Made by a program: the position numbers and the translations under genes
The notes under the pieces: model-generated
The model's database searches: none
What the model was told of the DNA's origin: nothing
What the model saw: only the letters and a program-made list of their open reading frames with translations
Shown: in pieces, positions 1-13,040 of the stretch
How the letters are laid out: each line of letters starts with the position of its first letter
Numbering within the stretch: the stretch's first letter is position 1
From: Octopus sinensis
Taxonomy: Eukaryota
Direction of reading: 5' to 3'
Length of the DNA: 64,000 nt
Assembly: GCF_006345805.1 (NCBI RefSeq)
Contig: NC_043004.1
Span: 80,414,001-80,478,000, forward strand

Positions 1-42
1 ACGGGTGTGAGCATACATACATGCAAGCGTGCATACATACAT

Positions 43-209
43 CGGTGTTTCGCCCGTCGCTACGTTCTGAGTTCAAATTCCGCCGAGGTCGACTTTGCCT
101 TTCATCCTCTCGGGGTCGATCAAATTGACTACTAGTGAAACAGTGAGATCGATCTAATTGATTAGTCCCGTCCCCCCAAATTTCAGGACTTGTGCCTTTT
201 GTAGAAGGG

Positions 210-210
<1 letters not shown>
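43..210 (+). mobile_element. SINE family A, 5'-truncated copy
   Basis: B-box region GTTCTGAGTTCAAATTCCGCCGAGGTCGACTTTGCCTTTCATCC shared with many copies in the window; ends in an (ATT)n tail. Confidence 0.85.
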
Positions 211-245
<35 letters not shown>

Positions 246-444
246 GTTGTTGTTGGTGTTTCTGTTGTTGTTGTCGTTATTGATATTGAGTGAGAGAGCA
301 GTGCATGTCATCAAAGTGACACTGGGGTACAAATATACGAAGCCCAATATACCCATTATGACTACCCGTCTGATAAGGGTACACCAGGCACATGCATCAC
401 AACCATATTTGTGCACAACATGGTGATATCATATCAAAATAAAC

Positions 445-770
445 GGCGTATGACTTTGCAGGTGGGGCCCAATTAGAATTTTCTTCAGCTCGAGTAGCCC
501 ATCCCGCTCATAAGGTGCCTGAATTAAGGGCTTAAGGATGTTGAACGAAACACCCATGATTCCAGAAATGAATTATTCAAACCCCAAAGAATTTCCTCTC
601 AACTCATGGCCATGTTGCCCCCCCCCCCCCCGCTCCACTACTTCTGCTCGTGATCAGAGATGCACATATCGTCAGCCACTAAGGGACATGCTCAACTGGT
701 TACGGTCAAACAACTGACAAGCAAATCTGTGGTATTGAGCAGAATATTTACTGTAGCCCATCTTTTATAC
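445..770. repeat. unclassified interspersed repeat, probably retroposon-derived
   Basis: Non-low-complexity block (GCTCGTGATCAGAGATGCACATATCGTCAGCCACTAAGGGACATGCTCAACTGG) that I recall as a common octopus repeat; single copy here and no ORF. Confidence 0.4.
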
Positions 771-775
771 CATAT

Positions 776-810
776 TCTTCTTCTTCTTCTTCTTCTTCTT
801 CTTCTTCTTC

Positions 811-842
<32 letters not shown>

Positions 843-860
843 CTTCTCTCCTCCTCCTCC
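776..860. repeat. (CTT)n/(CCT)n microsatellite
   Basis: Direct reading. Confidence 0.95.
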
Positions 861-948
861 TCCTCCCCTTTTAAAACAGTTTGATTCGACTCAATGCGGC
901 TCGGTTTCGCCTCCTCTAACAGCTTGAACCCGGCTCGTTCAAGCTTTA

Positions 949-984
<36 letters not shown>

Positions 985-987
<3 letters not shown>

Positions 988-1145
988 TAGGCATTGCTTT
1001 GTGGTTAAGAAGTTCGTTTCCCAGCTATGAGTTTTCTGGTTCAGTCCTACCGCGTGGCACCTGGGGTAATTGTCTTCTATAGCCCCGGGCCGACCGAAAT
1101 CATGCGACTGGATTTGTTAGACGGAAACTAAAAGAAGCCTTTTGT
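985..1145 (+). mobile_element. SINE family B, 5' half
   Basis: tRNA-like head TGTGGTTAAGAAG...GGTTCAGTCC followed by GGCACCTGGGGTAATTGTCTTCTATAGCC...GGATTTGTTAGACGGAAACTAAAAGAAGCC, as in other B copies. Confidence 0.8.
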
Positions 1146-1269
1146 GTGTGCATGTCTTATCTGTTTAAAATTTTACCTGAGGATGATGGAGTATATGTTA
1201 TGATGTAATCTCTCTCTGTGTCTCTGTATGTATGTATGTATGTATGTATGTATGTATGTATGTACATAC

Positions 1270-1322
<53 letters not shown>

Positions 1323-1629
1323 ATATATATATATGGAAGAAAAACGCATTAAAACGTTCGGACAGGTAGACGATACAAAGGCGGACAAGAGAAACAACAT
1401 TAGAAGGACAGGCAAAATAAAAGACGGCTCATTCTTGGCTTTCTTTCATCAGTCAAGTCCCAGAAGTCACAACTATTTCGGGCAGTTACACTTGTATATA
1501 TACATATTCATACATATGTGTGTTTGTGTCTCCCTGTCTTGTCATTACCTGACGCTGACAGTCGTAAACGATTGTCATAGAAGCGGTGTCGTTTGTTTCC
1601 AGTCTTCCGTGTAAAAATGTTTACGGCCA

Positions 1630-1795
1630 CGTTAAAATATTGCCTCGCTTGAAAACAGGCGACGGTTGGCGACAAGAAAAGCATCCAGTCGTAATTCCAT
1701 CCAGTCGTTGTAATTCGGCCTCAACAAATTCCGTCCGATCCATGCAAGCATGGAGATGTGGTCTTTAAAATGATGATGGTGATGGTGATGATTAT
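1630..1795 (+). mobile_element. retroposon 3' fragment ending in a (GAT)n tail, diverged relative of 2388-2605
   Basis: GGTTGGCGACAAGAAAAGCATCCAG...CCGTCCGATCCATGCAAGCATGGA...ATGATGATG matches 2388-2605 and 40205-40290. Confidence 0.6.
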
Positions 1796-2387
1796 GCTGT
1801 GTGTCAGTGTTTGCGTCTGTATGTGTATATATTAATCACTTTTGCAGTATTACACGTATACAGTGTGTGTGTGTGTGTGTGTGTTCACGAAAATAGATGT
1901 CCTATAACGGCCGTCCTTAACCCGGCTAAGCAAATTGCAAATGTCTCGGAAGCTCTAACAAACACAATAGGAAGATGCGTCATCGTTCTTCCCGGATATC
2001 AATAAAATGCGTAGATATGGTGAAAACTGTTTAGCTATATCGATACCTGTACGTGATTGTTTATGCTGTAATCGATACAATTGGAAACTATAGTTTAAAC
2101 CCAGCCATGCTTGACTATAACCTATAAAGCGTGTCTCAAGGACACACTGAGACATCTGCATCTGGGACAGCGTACTCCGTGAGTCGCGCATGCGTGTTCA
2201 TGTGGCCGAATACCTGCGTATCACTTGTCTGGTCGATCAATAACAACAATAGCAATTATTACGGGTGTACAGAAGGTAGCGAGCTGGTTAGCATCAGTTA
2301 GCCAGTCGGATGAAATGTTAGGTGATATTTCTTCCGGCCTTGTGCTTATAACAGAAAGACTTGTAGTTGTTGTTGTTATTATTATTA

Positions 2388-2605
2388 TTCGAGCCAGGTC
2401 ATTGCCAGTACCGCCTGACTGGACACCGTGCCGGTGGCACGTAAAAGGCACCCACTACACTCTCGGAGTGGTTGGCGTTAGGAAGAGCATCCAGCTGTAG
2501 AAACTCTGCCAGATCAAGGTTGGAGCCTGGTGCAGCCATCTGGTTCGCCAGCCCTCAGTCAAAAATCGTCCAACACATGCTAGCATGGGAAGCGGACGTC
2601 AGACG
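2388..2605 (+). mobile_element. SINE/LINE-tail retroposon fragment with GGCACGTAAAA core
   Basis: GTGCCGGTGGCACGTAAAAGGCACCCACTACACTCTCGGAGTGGTTGGCGTTAGGAAG...CGTCCAACACATGCTAGCATGG; related copies at about 1630 and 40205. Confidence 0.65.
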
Positions 2606-2643
<38 letters not shown>

Positions 2644-2656
2644 CATCATCATTATC

Positions 2657-3027
2657 AGGGGGCCGAGCTGGCAGAAACGTTAGCACGCCGGGCGAAATGT
2701 TTAGCGGTGTTTCATCTGTGTTCAAATTTCGCCGAGAGTGTCGATTAAATAAGTACCAGTTACGCACTAGGGTCGATGTAATCGACTTAATCTCTTCCCC
2801 CAGATCTGAGTTCTTGTGCTTTCCAGGAGAAAGAATCATTAAGGCGGCGAGCTTGCAGAATCGTTAGCCGAGGTCCATTTTGCTTTTCATCATTTCAGGG
2901 TCGATGTAATCGTCCCGCTCCTTCCCCGAAATTTCAGGCCTTGTGCCCATAGTGAAAAGGATTATTATTATTATTATTAAGGCGGCGAGCTGGCAGAATC
3001 GTTAGCATGTTGCACGAAGTGCTTAGC

Positions 3028-3030
<3 letters not shown>
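2657..3030 (+). mobile_element. cluster of three partial SINE family A copies separated by (ATT)n
   Basis: Three heads GGCGGCGAGCTGGCAGAA(T/A)CGTTAGC at about 2657, 2843 and 2980. Confidence 0.85.
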
Positions 3031-3064
<34 letters not shown>

Positions 3065-3860
3065 TCCCTTCCTTCAGGTGAAACTCTCGCGGCGTCCAAC
3101 AACATCAGAGACTTGGGAGTAATTGTGGACAACAACATAAGCTGGGCCACTCATATAAACACCAAAGTTGACATGGCCCGCAGAATGTGTTCCTGGATTA
3201 TCAGAACTTTCCAGTCGAGAGATATCCACACCATTATCCTTCTCTTCTCCACTTTTGCCCGACCCCACCTTGAATACTGTTGTCCACTGTGGATTCCCCA
3301 CACAATACAAGGTATCATAAAAGTTGAAGCACCTCAAAGGGCAATCACAAAAAAGATAGATGGCATGACAGGCCTCGACTATTGGGGTCGACTAGAAAAG
3401 CTAAAACTCTATTCTCTCCAACGTCGTCGTGAGCGCTACATCATCTGCATGATGTGGAAAATATTCCATCAGCATTGCCCAAATGATGTTGGCATCACCT
3501 TCAAGGTACATCCAAGGCTTGGGCCCCGTGCCATCCGCCCAAACAAAAATCGCACTCTCATCTCATAACAACAATACGGCACAATTATTTCACCTCAATT
3601 GGCCCCACTCTCTTTAACATTACACCAAAACACATTAAAACAGAAACTGACCCTATAGGGTTCAAGAAGTCTTTGGACAGATCCTTCAAGAAATCCCGGA
3701 TAAACCCCCTACACCCGGATATGTCTCTGTAAACAATAACTCTCTACTTGAGTGGGCCATAGTGCCCAAATTCTGACTTGAAAGACTTCACCAGGTGGTG
3801 CTATTAAGTTAGACATGGCCTGGGCCAATAATGGCCGAAACCTATCAAAGTATCAAAGTA
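3065..3860 (+). mobile_element. 5'-truncated CR1/L2-group LINE: C-terminal part of ORF2 plus 3' UTR, frameshifted
   Basis: Translation RDLGVIVDNNISW..HI...RPHLEYCCPLW.P...KVEAPQRAITK..LEKLKLYSLQRRRERY, continuing after a frameshift as HNYFTSIGPTLFNITP..FKKSLD, typical of the CR1/L2/Jockey post-RT region; short tandem tail TATCAAAG x2 running into (TA)n. Confidence 0.85.
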
Positions 3861-3877
3861 TATATATATATATATAT

Positions 3878-4027
3878 ACGACGTGCTTTTATCAGTTTCC
3901 GGCTACCAAAACCACTCATAAGGCTTTGGTCGGCCCGAGGCTATAGTAGAAGACACTTGCCCAAGGTGCCACACAATGGGACTGAACCCGGAACCATGTG
4001 GTTGGGAATCAAGCTTCTTACCACACG
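3878..4027 (-). mobile_element. SINE family B, 5' half
   Basis: Reverse complement of the family B head and CTTGGGCAAGTGTCTTCTACTATAGCCTCGGGCCGACCAAAGCC. Confidence 0.85.
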
Positions 4028-4787
4028 GTATCAAATAACGAAGCTGATTAGATGCAATCTAAAACCAAAAGGCTAAAAATCTAATTGTTACTAATTGTGA
4101 CTGAGAATGCTTTCTCTATCTGTCTGTCTGTCTCTCTCATTCTCCTTCCCTCTGCAACACTAAATGTGTGTATGTGTTTAGCTAGCTAGAAAGATAGATA
4201 AATATGGCGTCTTATATGGTGAAGTGCCGCGATTCTTAATGAATCCTTATGAATATATACATGTGTGTGTCTGCGTATAACTATTTATACAGTACCCACC
4301 AAATAAAAAAAAGGAAAGAAAGTAGCAAGGAAGCGAAGAAAGACATTAAGTTGAAAACTAAACGGGGTTAGGTGAATTATTGTCGAATGAGTGAGTGTTG
4401 AAGTTCTCAAATAACAACACGACCCTGCAAACTAGTTGTACAATCTTGTTCTACAAGAAGGCTCTCTGTCTCTCTCTCCCTCTTTCTTTCTTGCTTTGAG
4501 CAACACTATGAAAAGTCTGTCGGCGATATAGACGAATAAAATACATGATCTGCTGTCGCCATTGCAAACATTGGTTGTTACTTGAATCATGATTAAAGCA
4601 ACCGTTGGATTCTGTCTGCAGAAGTCTAATGTTTCTGGGACGGAAGTGCAAAGATGTGTGTGTGTGTGGGGGGGGGGGGGGAAGCAGTGAGAGAAAGAGA
4701 AAGAAAATAAATCTTTTGATTATGCATGCATTGAATTCCATTTCTGAGATCTTTACGTGTATGCATATGTGTGTATATATGTAGGAA

Positions 4788-4837
<50 letters not shown>

Positions 4838-4895
4838 TATATATATAAACGTGTGTGTTTTTTGGAAATCCTTGATACAGTTACAATATTTGGAG

Positions 4896-5090
4896 AGATT
4901 TTTTCTCAGAGTTAAGATTGAGAAAAGACCTTTTTAGAAAGTCGAAGGACACTAACCTTTTGGGAAGAGATTTCACAAAATGTGTGTAAGCTTTACTATT
5001 ATAGATGTGCAAGCACTTTCAGTTCTTAACGTTTTCAGGCAAGTGTAAAAAGGGCTTTTTTCTCAATCTTAAGTCTTTGAGAAAAAATCT
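4896..5090. mobile_element. MITE-like element with about 40-45 bp imperfect terminal inverted repeats
   Basis: 4896-4936 AGATTTTTTCTCAGAGTTAAGATTGAGAAAAGACCTTTTTA is the near reverse complement of 5046-5090. Confidence 0.6.
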
Positions 5091-5210
5091 TATATATATA
5101 TTTATATATATATATATAGTATTAATAAAATAGTTGGGGTAAAATATTTTAGCAAAATGAGATAAGAAACCCAAGGCTGTGAATAGTTTTCAGAACATTT
5201 ATAAATAGAA

Positions 5211-5260
5211 GGCCTTACAGCTGTTTCCGGGATATGTTATATATCCCTTCATCAGAGACG
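5211..5260 (-). ncRNA. minimal type I hammerhead ribozyme motif (Penelope/retrozyme type)
   Basis: Minus strand GTCT-CTGATGA-A-GGGATAT(ATAAC)ATATCCC-G-GAAA-CAGCTG-TA-AGGC: intact core, 7-bp stem II, palindromic stem III ACAGCTGT, GUA triplet, 4-bp stem I; one A10.1-G11.1 mismatch. Confidence 0.7.
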
Positions 5261-5749
5261 GTGTGAGAAAGTGTTTAAGTAATAGTTATTATAGAGAAGA
5301 TATGAATGAAGTGGGGGAATAAAACCAGACGTGAGATACGTAAGGATGGTTCATACAAAAAGAGAAAACACACACACACAAACACACGTGTGTACATGTA
5401 TACACATGAACTATATTATAGTTTGCCATTGAAAGTATGTTGTTGTTGTTGTTGGTGGTTACATGGTTACCAAATTGCAAAAAAGAAAAAAGAAAAAGAA
5501 AAGCGTAGAAGTTGTCTCTAACTTGTTTGGGTGCTCTTTTATGTGTCATGGCAACTCGTTCCAGCAGCTAGAAATAGCAGCCAAATAGATGACAGATCAG
5601 ATTATGGTTAAACACAAGAACAGTAAGAAGGGTTACATGTGATGACGTAATATGGAGCACGTTACACCTGGGTCGGAATGGAGAGGCGTGTTGGACACGA
5701 CTGGATTGTCTTTGATGTATTAGATCTGGCTGGTCAATCAAAGCTGATT

Positions 5750-6245
5750 TGATGATGGTGGTGGTGGTGGTGGTGGTGGTGGTGGTGGTAGTGGTTGGGG
5801 CTTTAAAGAACAATAATAGACTCGACTTGGTCGTTCTGCATCCTTCGTAAAGCTGTCTTGTTCGAAGAGAGAGATCTAATTAACGAAATGTCTAATTAAT
5901 GATAGTGGCAGTGGTGATGGTCATCATGATGATGGTGGCAATCATAAGGGTGACGACGACGGTAATGAGGAGGGGGAGGGGGATGACGTTGATGATGATG
6001 ATGGTGATAACGATAATGAGGATGATTCTGGTGATGAGGATGATGGTGATGATGGTGATGATGGTAGCAAGAATGGTAGTAGTGGTGGTGATAGTGATGA
6101 TAATAATAATAATATAATGATGATGGTGGTGGTGATGATGATGATGATAATGGTGGTGGTGGAGGGGTGATGGTGATTTTGGCGATGATAATCTTCGCGG
6201 TGATGATGATCATGACAACGATAGAAGTAATGATAATGATGAGGA

Positions 6246-6277
<32 letters not shown>

Positions 6278-6460
6278 ATGATAATATCTTTGATCATGAT
6301 GACGACGACGGCGATGTCGGCGATGATAATTTCATTAGTGATACTTATCCGTCCATTACAGTCCATTAATGTCACGTTTAATAAACACCGAGGAACAACA
6401 CAATGGCTTGAACAAATAATAATAATAATAATAATGATAATAATAATGATAATAGTATAA
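5750..6460. repeat. compound (GGT)/(GAT)/(AAT) trinucleotide mosaic
   Basis: Direct reading; source of the poly-His/Met/Ile ORFs. Confidence 0.9.
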
Positions 6461-6879
6461 GTTGTTTCATTTCCATTTTTTTTTCTATTTATCAATTTTT
6501 TAATTATTTTCTTCCCTCTTTGTTTTTTTTTTTTATATATATATTATTCAAGTATGTGTTGCGAATCGATAGTCGTTCTTCCTCACAAAGTCTTTGTGGT
6601 CGAGCGTTTTCTTTTCTTTTTGATGTGTTGCTTTAGTTTTGTTTTTTGATTTTTATTATTTTTTTTTTGTTTTTTTTTTTCGTGGGTTGTATTTTTCCTG
6701 ACATGGTGTTAGTAATTGCAAGACACGAAAACAAAAACAAAAACACAAAAAATTGAAAGATTCTTGCCAAAATATGTGGATCGTGTTTAAGTCAAATGGC
6801 AAAGGCTGTGGTGTGTGTGTGTATGGGTGTGTTTGTATGTGTGTGTCGCACGCTAAACTGAGAGAGAGAATATACTATA

Positions 6880-6940
<61 letters not shown>

Positions 6941-7012
6941 ATGTATGTATATGTATATATAAAATGTATGTATATATATATATATATATAAAATGTATGT
7001 ATGTATATTCTA

Positions 7013-7165
7013 GGTGCAGGAGTGGCTGGCTGGGAGAAGCCTGCTTCCCACACCATGGCACCATGGTTTCGGGTTCAGTCCCACTGCATAGTACCTTGGG
7101 CAAGTGTCTTCTACTATAGCCCCGGGCCAACCAAAAGCCTTGTGAGTAGATTTGGTTGACGGCGT
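7013..7165 (+). mobile_element. SINE family B, 5' half
   Basis: GCAGGAGTGGCTG...GGTTTCGGGTTCAGTCCCACTGC...CCTTGGGCAAGTGTCTTCTACTATAGCC. Confidence 0.85.
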
Positions 7166-7749
7166 GTATATATATATGCATGCACGGACAGATACATAGA
7201 TATTGATACATAGATGAATAGATTGATCGATAAGAATATAGTCAGACGTGTATATAGATATGAGTGAGTGTTTATGTAGGCCATGCCATTCTATGTATGT
7301 GCAGCTATGCGTGTGTGTGTTTATATATACGTGTGCATTAATGTGTGTGTGTGTGTACCTGATTTGTAAATGCGACGTGGATTCCTATAATTGGTTGACC
7401 TTTCGTAATCAAAGACGGCGGTCAACGAGTGGTCAGGCCTGTTACTTGAAATGATGTGGAGGGAGGTGTTGCAACATCCATGCCTTTCCCAAATCCGCAC
7501 CTGTACTGACCTTCAATACTACACACATAAACACAGAAACCCTGTTGATGTTGAAATTCCAATGAAGGAGCCCTAAAACTAGGTTAGAAACCGGCTCTTT
7601 CTCTATTGGCAAGAAATCTTGAAAAGAATTGAAATGGATAACACAAACACACACTCACACACACACTTATAATTATGTAGTTTTCTATTAATATAATTAA
7701 AATCATCTTCAGTTTTGTCCTTGGCTGACCACATCATTATCATCATAGT

Positions 7750-8060
7750 CATGTGAGTGGATTTGGTAGGCGGAAACTGAAATGAAGCCTGTCGTGTATA
7801 TATATAGCTATATATATATATATATATATCATATATATATATATATATGATATATTATTGTGTGTCTGTATTTGTCCCCCTACCATCGCTTGACACCTAA
7901 TGTCGGTGTGTTTACGTCCCCGTAACTTAGCGGTTCGGCAAGGCAGACCGACAGAATAAGTACTCGGCTCGCAAAAGAATAAGTCCTGAGATCGATTTGT
8001 TCGACTAAAGGGCGGTGCTCCAGCAGAGCCGCAGTCAAAATGACTGAAACAAGTAAAAGA
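7750..8060 (+). mobile_element. SINE family B, middle and 3' half
   Basis: GTGAGTGGATTTGGTAG.CGGAAACTGAA + (TA)n spacer + CCATCGCTTGAC...CGTAACTTAGCGGTTCGGCAA...CAGTCAAAATGACTGAAACAAGTAAAAGA. Confidence 0.85.
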
Positions 8061-8677
8061 ATAATAGAATATGTGGGTGGGTGTGTGTGTATGTGTGTAA
8101 ATCCTTTGGGGAATAATGGATCTCGAAGCGCACGTAAAGCTATGAAATACAAGCATGTAAATATTGGATTGAGAAAATCCCTTTTTGGATAGAAAAGATC
8201 GAGGTTTCCTGGTAGGACACGAACCCACGTCTCCCGTTCACACGATTGATATCCTGCCATTTGTATTTATGCACCAATGTTCACATTCTTCTCTGCTCTT
8301 TCGTCATGAAATACAGGAAGAAGCTCCTGAAGTTGGTGCTAAATTCTTGGTTTCGTGGCGTTAAGGAGATAAAATAATCCAACAACAAAAAGAATCGCCT
8401 CCTGTGTGATACGAAACAGTCTTAGAATATTCACTATGTATTCCAACCAACAAGATGTACTGCGGCATGTCGATGTATGTTTCCTCATAAGTCATCTTGT
8501 CCTATTCTTTGTCATTCTTTGTCCTATTGGATATTTTGTCTTCCTAGACGTTTTCCTACGAACGCCAAGATGAACATTCTCCGGACCGACCAGTGCCTTG
8601 TGAGTGAACTGTATGGAGTCCGTCACGCGCGCGCGCGCGCGTGTGTGTATGTGTCTATATGCATACATATCGCGGTC

Positions 8678-9033
8678 ATGGAGGCGCGGTCATAGCATCG
8701 CGGTTTCGATTCCCAGACCAGGCGTTGTGAGTGTTTATTGAGCGAAAACACCTAAAGCTCCACGAGGCTCCGGCAGGGGATGGTGGTGATCCCTGCTGTA
8801 CTCTTTCACCACAACTTTCTCTAACTCTTACTTCCTGTTTCTGTTGTACCTGTATTTCAAGGGGCCGGCCTTGTCACTCTCTGTGTCACGCTGAATATCC
8901 CCGAGAACTACGTTAAGGGTACACGTGTCTGTGGAGTGCTCAGCCACTTACACGTTAATTTCACGAGCAGGCTGTTCCGTTGATTTCGGATCAACCGGAA
9001 CCCTCATCGTCGTAACCGACGGAGTACTTCCAT
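8678..9033 (+). mobile_element. SINE family C with tail X
   Basis: B-box GGTTTCGATTCCC; body shared with 46361-46694; 3' tail shared with 56685-56948. Confidence 0.8.
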
Positions 9034-9519
9034 CCACATATCGACAAGGGTATAACGAAAATTGTTTTCAATTTCCGATATCGAGTTATCATCACGTGAC
9101 ACCGCCTTAGACACTTGCTCGACTTGCAAGAAAATAAACAGCCAGATTATTACTTTCTCAAAATCATAATCGCGTTGTTGAGGCGTGAGGATATAACGAG
9201 TTTGAAGAAAAGTCATTATTTTGGTGTAATTATTTCTGAAACGGATTGAAAGCCACTGTTTCATGGTGTTTGCTTTCTTTATAATTGTTGCTTTCGCGTT
9301 AGATAGATTTTATTCACATGTCCCGGAATACGAAAATTAACACCACCAACGCAGTCCTTACGAAGAAGTGTTATGCTTTTTGAAAAACATTAGGGTCTGA
9401 TTTGAGGAAGATTTGACCGCTATTTCTAGAAGGTGTAACGATCACGACGTAAGGTGGTAGCACTTTGAAACGAGTAGGTATATGTAAGACTTAGAAACAG
9501 GATGTGTTTGTGTGTATGC

Positions 9520-9548
9520 CTATACATGCATACACACATATGTATACT

Positions 9549-9580
<32 letters not shown>

Positions 9581-9679
9581 CAGTGGTGAGAATTTACAAA
9601 AAAAAAAACAAGTAAAAGGGTATATATATGTATGAATAATATTATATATATATATATGTGTATGTATATATGTATGTGT

Positions 9680-9753
<74 letters not shown>

Positions 9754-9805
9754 CAGTGGTGAGAATTTACAAAAAAAAACAAGTAAAAGGGTATATATAT
9801 ATGTA

Positions 9806-9848
<43 letters not shown>

Positions 9849-9867
9849 ATGTATATATGTATGTGTA

Positions 9868-9903
<36 letters not shown>

Positions 9904-9960
9904 ATATATGTATATATATATCATTCATTCATACATACATACATACATACGCACACAACT
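9520..9960. repeat. (TA)n-rich tract containing a tandem duplication with about 173 bp period
   Basis: CAGTGGTGAGAATTTACAAAAAAAAA(A)CAAGTAAAAGGGTATATAT occurs at 9581 and 9754. Confidence 0.85.
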
Positions 9961-11091
9961 ATACATCAAACTCAATGAAGCATCTATTTTGACATTAATT
10001 CTTCCTTCATTACTATTATTGGAAAGTATACGATGAAATGCTGTGACATTCATACCTTTTCCAAAAAACTGCAGCTAACATAAATGAAACAAAATGGCGT
10101 CTAGTTGGTCTGAAAAATCAAAACCATGATTTATTGTCGACCGTAAAGAAGAAAGATCCAGTCTACTGGGGGATTATTTCTCTAAAGCAAGGTTCACAGA
10201 ATTTCTTTAGTTCAAACCGTTCCACAACCGAATTAAAATTTTGCTTTTCATTCTCCGTGGATTTGATAAAAAGTAACACCAAGCAATTTTATGTTGATGA
10301 TTTAATCAACCATATTCCTCAGGGTTCTTCTATTTTATTATTATTATTATCATTATCATCATTATTATTATTTTATCTATTTATTTATTTTCTTTTAACT
10401 TTTACAAAACTGGTTTGAAGAAATCTGTTTTGAATACTGGAAAGAAACAAAAGGTGAAATAGCAAAACAAATTAAAAATAAACAACCACTTCGGAATATT
10501 CTTTTTACAAACGATGCTGACGACGGCGACGATGATGATGGTGGAGGTGGTGGTGATGATGATGATGATGATGATGATGAGAGTTGTGGTTGTTGCGGTG
10601 ATGATAATGATAATGATGATGCTGATGATGACGACGATGAAGGTGTTGGTTCATTATCAGTATTTGGGGAAGATAGATAAATAAGAAAAATAGAATAAAA
10701 TAAAGTACGCCATCTTGTCTGTCTTTGAAAAGTGAATCATTTCCTCTTCAATGCGCTCAGGTCGTGTAAAGTTCAAATAAAGATCGAGACAAATTTTGCG
10801 CCTCTCTCTCTCTCTCTCTTTCCCTCTCTCCCCTACTCCCATGTATGTCCCTCCTTCGAACTATTACTTTTCAGAAATGTTTGATATAAAACCTGTTTGC
10901 TTTTGTTTGTCTGTTTGGTGTGTTTTTTTCTTTGTCTTCATTCAAACCGTAAAAAATAATAAAAATAACTTTGGAGTCGCATCATTGTTATATTAATGAG
11001 AAATAAGAGAAAATATTTGCAGCATCAACTGTTCTTCTTTTGCTCCGTGTATGTGTATGCGCGCACGCGTGTGTGACGAGAGAAAGAAAGC

Positions 11092-11128
<37 letters not shown>

Positions 11129-11165
11129 CAACAAATGACAATGTCCCCATCAGGTATTATATCAG

Positions 11166-11197
<32 letters not shown>

Positions 11198-11361
11198 TAT
11201 TATATATATAGTAATTTATTTTACTAAGCCCTTTTATATAATGTAATAATTTGAATTCGCCTTAAATGGTCCCTTTGCATACTGAATACTTGGTGAAATT
11301 GATTAATAATTAATTAATTTTACCCTCAATTGTTGAAATTATATATATATATATATATATG

Positions 11362-11401
<40 letters not shown>

Positions 11402-12183
11402 CAGGCAGACAGACAGACAGACAGACAGGTTGATAGATAAACGGACACATTCTCATATTGGTTATTAAAGAAGGGTTTTGTTAGGGAAGATTTTCAGTTT
11501 AGATATTTCTGTTGTCGAAGATTCATCGTTTTGTCAATGGACCCGGAAGTTGTTGTTTGCAAACAACAGTAGTAACTTTCTTCAGCTGAATACACGTCAC
11601 TGATTGGTTAAAATTACCTAAATGCGAAAATTTTAGCACGAAATAACTTCTAAAATACAAAATTTTGTCAAAAACGTTGAGAGTAAACCGTGTTCTACGT
11701 AACACATTCAACCAGTATCCGCAGTTTCCGTGGACGTGATACCAAGTTCAGTCCCACTGTACGGCACATTGGGTCAATGTCTTCTACTAAAGGTCTGGGG
11801 TACTATTTGGTTATCTCACCCCCATTATATGTATGTATATATATATATGTATGTATATATGTATGTATATATATATATTTATATAAGAGATCAAAGTGTA
11901 CGTATATATATGTATATGTGTATATGTACATATATGTATGTGTGTATATATATATATATGTGTGTGTGTGTGTGATAACTAAACACATAAGCTCCGCATC
12001 TTAACTCGCTTAAACGAAATATTCTCTTGAAATGCTAAGAGAGTAATTAGAGTTCAAGAGTTATTCAACAACACTCACGTACCCGGGTGTGTGTGTGTGT
12101 GTGTGTGTGCACGTGTGAGTATACATATGAATATCTGTATGTATTGGTGTATATATATATGTGTCTGTGTGTGTATATATGTG

Positions 12184-12218
<35 letters not shown>

Positions 12219-12679
12219 TCACACTCTGTATATGCGTTTGTGATGATATATATGTATATATATATGTTTGTATGTTTATACAAAAATATATATTTATAAA
12301 TATAAACACACACAGTGTATGTATATGTATATACTTGTACGAATATACACGAACTAGTTAAACGTGTGTGTGTGTGTTCGTGTGTGTAAAATTATATTCA
12401 CTGTGTTTCTTTTTTTCGTTTTTTGCAATTACATTCCTCCTGTGGTAGCGAAGAAATTTTAACATTTTTTTCGTCGACCAAATTCAATCCAATGCCTGGA
12501 ACTGAATACTTAATTATGTGGTATAGAATTTAAAAAAAAAGTATATATATATAACAAAATGAAATCAAATAAAATAAAGAGCAAAAGGGGTAAAAAGAAA
12601 AGAAGAAAATGAAAATAGAACTTTCTGCGATTGAAGTATAGGTCTTACATTTGACTAAAATGAATTATATTCATCACAT

Positions 12680-12704
12680 ACATATTATATATATATATAT
12701 ATGT

Positions 12705-12750
<46 letters not shown>

Positions 12751-12888
12751 ATGTATGTATATATGTATATATATATGTTGTATATATATATATATATATT
12801 ATATATATATATATATATATGTAAGTATATATGTATATGTATAATATATATGTATATATATATGTATGTATGTTATATATATGTATTA

Positions 12889-12925
<37 letters not shown>

Positions 12926-13040
12926 GTATGTATGTATGTATATAATATATATATATATATGTATTATATATATATATATATGTATGTATGTGTGTATATA
13001 TATATTATATATATATATATAATATATATATATATATATA
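12680..13040. repeat. long degenerate (TA)n/(TATG)n microsatellite
   Basis: Direct reading. Confidence 0.95.

Noticed and set aside
1430-1485. GAAA...CTGATGA on the minus strand as a hammerhead
   Set aside because: No stem III or stem I pairing consistent with the core
8548-8599. Exon-like segment TTCCTAG|...CCTT|GTGAGT
   Set aside because: The donor lies in the SINE B motif CCGACCAAAGCCTTGTGAGTGG, so it is a decayed repeat
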